NCBI GenBank assembly: GCA_963422735.1 | Contig: OY730476.1 | Span: 2,720,001-2,784,000 of the forward strand | Source of the DNA: Candidatus Latescibacterota bacterium | Lineage (GTDB): Bacteria; Latescibacterota; UBA2968; UBA8231 | DNA: 64,000 nucleotides | Reading direction: 5' to 3' | Shown: one piece after another, positions 58,343 through 64,000 of the stretch | Layout of the letters: the number at the start of each line of letters is the position of its first letter | How positions within the stretch are numbered: the stretch's first letter is position 1 | Translations under genes and position numbers: made by a program | Notes under the pieces: generated by a model | What the model saw: only the letters and a program-made list of their open reading frames with translations | Databases searched by the model: none | Told to the model about the DNA's origin: nothing

Positions 58343-58620
58343 TGGTTGCACGGAACAGCCCTTGGGACACCGTGAACACACGGCATGGAGTGCTTGCGTA
58401 TGGTGCCCAAGTCGAGTGCTGTCTTGGCCTCGTGGTGCTCGGAGCAGAGCGGCTGCACGTTGTCCCGCGCCATGATCTCGCCGCCCTTGTAGCGAGGGAC
58501 GATATGGTCTAGTTCAGTCGCCGGCACGGTTCGACCTTCGGCCTCGCACTGGCAGCACAAGGGCTGCTCGGCGAGGACCCGACGCCGAAATCTCCGATAT
58601 CGTCGATGGGATAATTGCAT
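58330..58620 (-). CDS. Terminase-associated HNH endonuclease (HK97 gp74-like)
   Basis: PLC..C...G....ATELDHI.P..GG......N.QPLC..HH..KT. Confidence 0.88.
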   Translation of the reverse strand: MQLSHRRYRRFRRRVLAEQPLCCQCEAEGRTVPATELDHIVPRYKGGEIMARDNVQPLCSEHHEAKTALDLGTIRKHSMPCVHGVPRAVPCNQCQP

Positions 58621-58728
58621 TACAGCAATGTAGGGAAAATATCATCCCGCAAAAAATCTTTTATTCCCTCACGATTTCCCTAATATGTTCGTTTCGATGT
58701 CCTACCCCCCCTTTTTGTATTTTTACAC

Positions 58729-58758
58729 TTGACACAGGGTATTCTCCATTAGTATGTT
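58729..58758 (+). promoter_or_regulatory. Sigma70-like promoter for the MgsA-C/PIG-L operon
   Basis: Perfect TTGACA at 58729 with TATGTT 18 nt downstream in an AT-rich gap; GAGGAG RBS before ATG 58791. Confidence 0.5.
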
Positions 58759-58790
58759 ATATTTATGATCTTAAACCGAGGAGATTAAGA

Positions 58791-59396
58791 ATGGGTGGAG
58801 TTCCCAACACACTGAATGGCCTCTCGCCATATGACTGCGTCTCTGCGTTGCAGAAGCACATTCGGCGCAGCGAGGAGACGCAAGCCTATCTGGTTGCCTG
58901 CGAGATGCTAAACTCATCAGGGAACCTTCCTCAGTGGATGCTGGGGAGGCTGTTAGTCATCAGCCACGAAGACATTGACGCGGTGGCCAGCCCGCATGTC
59001 GTCCCGTTTGTGGCTGCGTCGGTAGCCCAAGCTACCGAATGGGTTCGCAAGAAGAAGAAAGGCGAGGCGGCACTGGCCGTAGCCAACGCCATCCGCGTCC
59101 TATGCCACGCCAAGAAGAGCCGGGTGGCCGACCACTGGGCGATGATCTGGTATGAAAGGAACGCTCAGGGCGCACGTATACCGGAGATACCGGACTACGC
59201 CTACGACATGCACACCCGGCGGGGCAAGGAGATGGGGCGAGGGCTAGACCACTTCTACGAGGAGGCGGCCAAGCTCTTCGACGTCGACGGTACGGAGGTG
59301 TCCCCCGACCCGTGGCGCGACGAGGCCCGACAGGCCGACACGGAGGCCGCCAACCCTCCATCCCTTTTTCCACCCCAGAAGGAGTCAGACCAATGA
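58791..59396 (+). CDS. Stand-alone MgsA/RarA C-terminal-like helical domain protein (no P-loop)
   Basis: YDCVSALQKHIRRS, RL.VIS.EDI, KKSR, IPDYAYDMHT..G..MGRG; no Walker A/B. Confidence 0.7.
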   Translation: MGGVPNTLNGLSPYDCVSALQKHIRRSEETQAYLVACEMLNSSGNLPQWMLGRLLVISHEDIDAVASPHVVPFVAASVAQATEWVRKKKKGEAALAVANAIRVLCHAKKSRVADHWAMIWYERNAQGARIPEIPDYAYDMHTRRGKEMGRGLDHFYEEAAKLFDVDGTEVSPDPWRDEARQADTEAANPPSLFPPQKESDQ

Positions 59397-60037
59397 AAAC
59401 TTGCTTGGTCGTTGGGGCGCACCCCGACGACATGGAGCTCGGATGCTGCGCCACCGTCCTCAGCCTGATCGAGCGGGAGTGGGATGTGTGGTCGTTGGCC
59501 TTGGCGGACAACACGTTGACAGTCGTCGGTCAGGGCTTCGATGACTGTCATTTTCAGGCGGAGCGGCAGGAGGCCGCTCAGGTGCTGGGCATCCCGCAGG
59601 ATCGCTTGCTGACGCACCGCTTCCCGGTGCGCGACTTCCCAGCACACCGGCAGGATATTCTGGAGCACCTATACAAGATGGTGCGCGACATGGAGCCAGA
59701 GATGGTTTTGTGTCCCTCGTCCACCGACATCAATCAGGATCACTTGGTCGTCTATGAGGAGACCGTCCGGGCCTGCACGGGCATACCCTGCTCGATATTT
59801 GGGTACTACCTGCCGTGGAACAACCGGCAGGTTGGCCTCACCTTCTTCTCCTCTTTCACCGAGAAGTACATGTCCTTGAAGGAGGAGGCGCTGGCTTGCT
59901 ATCGCTCCCAGGCCCACCGGCCATACATGCGGCCCGGGGCCGCCCGGGCTTTTGCGCAAGCGATGGGCACGTGCAGCTATGTCCTCCCGCTGGCCGAGCC
60001 GTTGGAGCCCATCCGGTGCATGTTGTGTGCATCATAG
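59393..60037 (+). CDS. PIG-L/LmbE family Zn-dependent N-deacetylase
   Basis: GAHPDDMELG, R..E...A...LGI, QDH, K..AL..Y.SQ; ATGA overlap with the upstream gene. Confidence 0.88.
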   Translation: MKTCLVVGAHPDDMELGCCATVLSLIEREWDVWSLALADNTLTVVGQGFDDCHFQAERQEAAQVLGIPQDRLLTHRFPVRDFPAHRQDILEHLYKMVRDMEPEMVLCPSSTDINQDHLVVYEETVRACTGIPCSIFGYYLPWNNRQVGLTFFSSFTEKYMSLKEEALACYRSQAHRPYMRPGAARAFAQAMGTCSYVLPLAEPLEPIRCMLCAS

Positions 60038-60176
60038 GGATCGCCTTGAACGCGTCGCCCGGAGGTACGCCAGCAACCGCGATGCCGCCGCATCTTGGGC
60101 ATTCATCCGAGCAGCCGATGCCTAGTTTCAGGCTTGCCCTTGCCAAGAGGGTGCTATCATTGTTACATTATTAAGC

Positions 60177-60803
60177 ATGATGCACACGATAGCACTTGTT
60201 TCTCAGAAAGGCGGTAGCGGCAAGACGACGCTGGCGGTGGCCCTCGCGGTTGCGCACGAGCTGGCGGGCGGTTCTTCGGTGGTGATCGATCTAGACCCGC
60301 AAGGGTCGGCGGGGGTGTGGAGCGATCTTCGGGGCGACCTTACACCGGTAGTAGTAGCGGCTCACCCGCCTAGACTAGCACGGTCGCTCAATGCAGCCCG
60401 TACCGCGGGGGCGTCGCTAGCGGTAATCGACATGGCCCCTCGGGAAGCGGGCGGTGCGGTAGAAGCGGCCCGGTGTTCGGATTTGGTACTGGTGCCGTGC
60501 CGGCCGTCGGCGGTGGACTTGGCAGCCATCCCAGCCAGCCTAGCCGTGGCCCAGCTGGCGGAGACGGCGGTGGCCGTGGTACTGAACGCGGTTCCTCCCC
60601 GCGGGGATTTGGCGGCGCAAGCAGTGGAAGCCGTTCAAGGCTTCGGGGCGATAGCGACTCCAGTGACGATCGGGACGCGGGTGGCGCATGTTAGGGCGTT
60701 CACATCTGGGAGGACGGCCCAAGAGACCGAACCCCGCTCCGTGGCGGCTGCCGAGGTTGAAGCCCTGTACCAATGGATTTTCACGAAAGACTGGAGACTA
60801 TGA
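60177..60803 (+). CDS. parA: ParA family ATPase (short ParF-like, type Ib)
   Basis: SQKGGSGKTT deviant Walker A, IDLDPQGS, VID..P, LVP..PS..D; no N-terminal HTH. Confidence 0.9.
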   Translation: MMHTIALVSQKGGSGKTTLAVALAVAHELAGGSSVVIDLDPQGSAGVWSDLRGDLTPVVVAAHPPRLARSLNAARTAGASLAVIDMAPREAGGAVEAARCSDLVLVPCRPSAVDLAAIPASLAVAQLAETAVAVVLNAVPPRGDLAAQAVEAVQGFGAIATPVTIGTRVAHVRAFTSGRTAQETEPRSVAAAEVEALYQWIFTKDWRL

Positions 60804-61024
60804 AGAAGCAGACGACGCTTGCGGACGCCATGCAGCGGGCCACGAGCGAGCCGAAGACGACGTCAAGGGTCGCCCCGTCCCGGCGCGGTAAGAAGGCCGT
60901 GGTCCTATACGTCGAACCGGAGCTGGCGAAGCGGCTAAAGGTGCTCGCAGCCGAGAACGAGACGACCATCCATGCTCTCGGCTTGAAAGCCCTTGACCTC
61001 TTGTTTGAGCAACTGGAGGTATGA
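60800..61024 (+). CDS. Ribbon-helix-helix ParG-like partner
   Basis: ATGA overlap with parA; flexible N-terminus, then KAVVLYVEPELAKRLKVLAAENETTI...ALDLLF. Confidence 0.78.
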   Translation: MKKQTTLADAMQRATSEPKTTSRVAPSRRGKKAVVLYVEPELAKRLKVLAAENETTIHALGLKALDLLFEQLEV

Positions 61025-61077
61025 TAAAAGATGCATCATAATGTGCATGGTATCATATAGCCAAAAGGAGTCTCTCC

Positions 61078-61947
61078 GTGGAGCCGTATCGCCTCGATAA
61101 CCTCCCTGCTATTATCAATTTCTCCGGGGGCCGCACTTCGGCCTACATGCTCTACCACATCCTCGAGTACTACGGCGGCCAGCTACCCGACCAAGTGGTG
61201 GTGGTCTTTTGCAACACAGGCAAGGAGAACGAGGAGACCTTGAGCTTTGTGCGCGAGTGTCAGGCACGGTGGAGCGTGGACATCCATTGGCTTGAATACC
61301 GCTATCGCGCCGCGGCAGCCGGGGGGCGCTATGACCCCAAACACATTCACGTCGAGGTTGATTACCACACAGCCAGCCGCCACGGCGAGCCCTTCGATCA
61401 GCTAATCGAAGCCAAGGCGATGCTGCCCAACGTCACCCAACGCTTCTGTACATCGTACCTGAAAGTGAAGGCGACCGACTGGTTTGCGCAGCGCACTATG
61501 GGGTGGCAGAATGTGACCAACTACTTGGGGATACGCTACGACGAGCCTCGACGCATCCGGCAGTCCCTTCTGGAGTCTTGCAAGGTCGAGTATTTGCTAT
61601 ACCATGCCAAAGTAACTAAGCAGCAGGTCAGCCACTTCTGGCGATCCAGTGCGTTCGACTTGCAACTGCACGACGACAAAGGAAACTGCGATTTGTGCTT
61701 CATGAAGGGGCGCAACAAGCTGCTCAACATCATCCGCGCGTCGCCCGAGCGCGTCGATTGGTGGTCTAACCAAGAACAGAAAATCCTCAAGAAGGCCAAC
61801 TGTCGCCTCCGCGACACCCGCAACGCCACCTTCTCCAAGCGCCATACCTACGCCATCTTGCGCGATATCGCCTTAACGCAGGGCTACCAAACCCACCTAT
61901 TTGACTTGCCCGACGATGAGCCGATGGCCTGCTTTTGTGGAGAGTGA
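61078..61947 (+). CDS. Phage-type PAPS reductase/PP-loop family protein with Cys clusters
   Basis: FSGGRTS, F.NTGKE.EETL, RFCT..LK, GIR.DE..R, GNCDLCF.KG, terminal CFCGE. Confidence 0.82.
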   Translation: MEPYRLDNLPAIINFSGGRTSAYMLYHILEYYGGQLPDQVVVVFCNTGKENEETLSFVRECQARWSVDIHWLEYRYRAAAAGGRYDPKHIHVEVDYHTASRHGEPFDQLIEAKAMLPNVTQRFCTSYLKVKATDWFAQRTMGWQNVTNYLGIRYDEPRRIRQSLLESCKVEYLLYHAKVTKQQVSHFWRSSAFDLQLHDDKGNCDLCFMKGRNKLLNIIRASPERVDWWSNQEQKILKKANCRLRDTRNATFSKRHTYAILRDIALTQGYQTHLFDLPDDEPMACFCGE

Positions 61948-62099
61948 ACGTTCTATGGAGATAGGAAAAAACTCGGTCGCTTTTGTGCGCCGGGGCGTAT
62001 GGCTCATCGCTGGATGAGGGAATGAGGACCCCATGAAAACGAGCCACTCATCCGCTTTCTAGCTGAACAAGGCTAGAATCACTTCGAGAGGAGAAAGTC

Positions 62100-62333
62100 G
62101 TGATGTACGAAGTGGACCATCCCGAGCACAAGGCCACGCTCAGGCGGTTGGGCCGTTTGCTTAAAAAGTCACTGCCCAACGAGAGCATGAACTTCACGCT
62201 ATTTCTGTTTACCGAAAACCCAAACACCTTGTTCTATCTGTCCTCCGTTGAGCGTTCCAGCGGGCTGGCGGCCATCAAAGAGTGGGTAGCCCGGCAGGAA
62301 AGTACGGGAGAGGGTGGCACTCAAGGCTCTTGA
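62100..62333 (+). CDS. Hypothetical phage protein
   Basis: GAGGAG RBS; FTLFLF...FYLSS..R pattern; overlaps the MTase start. Confidence 0.55.
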   Translation: MMYEVDHPEHKATLRRLGRLLKKSLPNESMNFTLFLFTENPNTLFYLSSVERSSGLAAIKEWVARQESTGEGGTQGS

Positions 62334-63009
62334 CCTATTCTGTGGCGGCGGTGGCGCGGCCCTCGGCCTTCTTCAGGCTGGCTTCGAGGAGGTGGTGGGC
62401 ATTGACCACCATCGACGAAACGCCGCCGTCTATCCGGGCCGCTTCGTGTGTGCCGACGCGCTCCATCCGCCCGTCTCGCTGGCCGACTTCGACTTGATTT
62501 GGGCGTCGCCGCCCTGCCAGCGGTTCAGCGCGGGTACGTTACAACGAGGCGGCCCTACGGCGGCGGCACGCCATCCCGATCTAATCCCCCAGACCCGCGC
62601 CCTGTTGGCTGGCCATCCGTTCACGATCATCGAGAATGTGCCCCGTGCGCCGATTCGCGCCGACGTGGTGTTGACCGGGCCGATGGTGGGGCTGGAACGC
62701 ATTCAGCGGCAGCGGCACTTCGAGTTGTCGTTCTGGCCCGGGCTCATGCCGCCGCGCGTGAGCGTCCCTCGCTGGATGTGGCAAGCAGGCCGCGCGGTAA
62801 CGGTGACGACCTCGCTGTCGGCATCGAGCCATTACTATCCGCGTCGCCGCGCTGGGCTTCCGGGTCATGTGCCTATCAAGGAGGCGCGGGCGGTGATGGG
62901 CATTACGACGCCGATGACGGCCCGGCAGGTCGGCGAGGCGGTGCCCCCGCCCTATGCCGCGCTGTTGGGTCAACGGGCACGGGCGATTATGGAGGCGAAG
63001 GTGCGATGA
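62314..63009 (+). CDS. Compact DNA (cytosine-5)-methyltransferase
   Basis: Motif I LDLFCGGGG, motif IV ASPPCQ, motif VI ENV, motif VIII R.R.F, motif X GEAVPP. Confidence 0.85.
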   Translation: MALKALDLFCGGGGAALGLLQAGFEEVVGIDHHRRNAAVYPGRFVCADALHPPVSLADFDLIWASPPCQRFSAGTLQRGGPTAAARHPDLIPQTRALLAGHPFTIIENVPRAPIRADVVLTGPMVGLERIQRQRHFELSFWPGLMPPRVSVPRWMWQAGRAVTVTTSLSASSHYYPRRRAGLPGHVPIKEARAVMGITTPMTARQVGEAVPPPYAALLGQRARAIMEAKVR

Positions 63010-63121
63010 CGCACTGCGGGGTTCACTGGAACTCGCTCTGTCAGAAGGCGATAAAGGCGGCGGAGGCGGCATGATGGCTCTCACGGATCCCATGAAGCAT
63101 CTCCTCCAGACCCTGGACGGT

Positions 63122-63607
63122 CTATTTCCCCTTGCCCGATATGAAAGCCGCTGTAATGCTGGCAATTACAGCACCAACCATGGTAGCTGCAGCCGCTCCA
63201 TGATTGTGGTCAACCAAGTATTTAGCGAACAGCAAAATGCCGATCACCGCCGCGAAGGCGATACCGCGATTATAGATTCCCTGGAAGAGATGCATCCACT
63301 GCCCTCGCCGGAGCATTTTGGTATGCTCTTGGTCCATTTGTCGCCGGTGCGCTCCTTGCACTTCAAACGACGTTTTGAACGATTCGGCGAACCCAGGGAC
63401 CACTTGATCGAAGGCTTTAAGCAGTTTGGGGGGAGGCAGTGGTCCGCTGTACTCTTCCAAATGCAGCATCTGCAATTCGGGAAAGAGTTCAGCGGACGGC
63501 TCTGCAGGAGGTGGGGACGTATGCTGCGGACGGGCTATCGACCGGGTGCGTTTCCCGCTAGCATTTCTATTTCTCCTTTTCTTACGACGTTGTCGATCCT
63601 TGCTCAT
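63122..63607 (-). CDS. DUF2335 domain membrane protein
   Basis: YSGPLPPP..L..F....PG.AE......E....HR followed by two TM helices. Confidence 0.8.
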   Translation of the reverse strand: MSKDRQRRKKRRNRNASGKRTRSIARPQHTSPPPAEPSAELFPELQMLHLEEYSGPLPPPKLLKAFDQVVPGFAESFKTSFEVQGAHRRQMDQEHTKMLRRGQWMHLFQGIYNRGIAFAAVIGILLFAKYLVDHNHGAAAATMVGAVIASITAAFISGKGK

Positions 63608-63881
63608 TGACGTCTTCAAGGTCTGCTTGAGTCACGTCCAGCGCAGGATCATCCATCACAATGCGCTTGGCGTACTCTAGGCTCTGTTTATCGAACCGTT
63701 GGATTTCCCCCTCAAAGGCCCGCGACATATCCCCTAAGACCATACGCCAATCGCTGGCTAGAGCCTCGGCATCAGAGGAAGAGGACCAAGACGGCGTATC
63801 AAGCGAAGCAGGGGGACGCACGTCCATGAGGCTAGCAAGCCCCCGAACAAACGAGTGGAGTATGAGCAGGCCGACATTCAT
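63582..63881 (-). CDS. Small partner protein upstream of DUF2335
   Basis: CAGGAG RBS; F..G..S..D..P....SDAEALASDW..V.GDM..A; overlaps the DUF2335 start. Confidence 0.65.
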   Translation of the reverse strand: MNVGLLILHSFVRGLASLMDVRPPASLDTPSWSSSSDAEALASDWRMVLGDMSRAFEGEIQRFDKQSLEYAKRIVMDDPALDVTQADLEDVNEQGSTTS

Positions 63882-63958
63882 TGAGCGTTTTCTCCTGTGG
63901 GACGCAGCTTGCCAAACGGTACCCCTTCCTGAATCTGAAGAAGGTTCAAATGTCAATA

Positions 63959-64000
63959 TACGAACCCATGGCCAGTAATCGCAACTACGAACCCATGGCC
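63959..64000. repeat. 15-bp direct repeat with 27-bp period at the window edge
   Basis: TACGAACCCATGGCC at 63959-63973 and 63986-64000. Confidence 0.8.

Larger units (their letters stand above)
48300..64000. mobile_element. Siphovirus-like prophage or remnant; left edge approximate, extends beyond the window
   Basis: TerL/TerS/HNH, tail tube, chaperone, tape measure and tip genes, plus phage-type MTase and PAPS reductase; no integrase or att site seen. Confidence 0.88.

Noticed and set aside
59856-60146. Minus-strand ORF with CSDECPRCG Zn-finger-like motif
   Set aside because: Mostly antisense to the PIG-L gene with no clear RBS; at most a short remnant.
61078-61947. Sulfate-assimilation cysH or a complete Dnd phosphorothioation system
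   Set aside because: Lacks the CysH SGGKDS/ECGLH motifs, and no dndABDE or ssp partners are present.
62954-63610. 218-aa plus-strand ORF
   Set aside because: Beyond ~63121 it is the antisense of the well-formed DUF2335 gene.

Overview
High-GC bacterial chromosomal window with two parts. (1) ~1-48.1 kb is host backbone: carbohydrate/oxidoreductase genes (SDR, SASA acetylesterase, Gfo/Idh/MocA, uxuA, PhyH, Zn-dependent polyol dehydrogenase), five minus-strand tRNAs (Arg-ACG, His-GTG, Arg-TCT, Leu-TAA, Cys-GCA), thrC-nadD-bamD, thyA, xerC-topA, map, nrdR-nrdJ with an NrdR box, tonB-exbD-exbD-exbB, accD, surE, rpmI-rplT-pheST-zapB-zapA-rny-ymdB-xseAB-recN-pgsA and outer-membrane proteins. Gene content and a C-terminal 'TAVxxxSWGxIK' motif suggest a diderm Latescibacterota/Poribacteria-like organism (inference only). 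(2) ~48.3-64 kb is a siphovirus-like prophage or remnant that runs off the right edge. It has HNH-TerS-TerL and a non-contractile tail module (gp10-like, tail tube, G/GT chaperone with a non-canonical -1 frameshift, tape measure, distal tail genes, and a truncated tip protein fused in frame to a host gene). No portal, protease or capsid gene is visible. It also carries a divergent block: ATPase-less MgsA/RarA-C domain plus PIG-L deacetylase, ParA plus RHH partition pair, PAPS-reductase-family protein, C5 DNA methyltransferase and a DUF2335 gene pair. No CRISPR array, rRNA or integrase was seen. All calls come from motif recognition by eye; no database searches were run.
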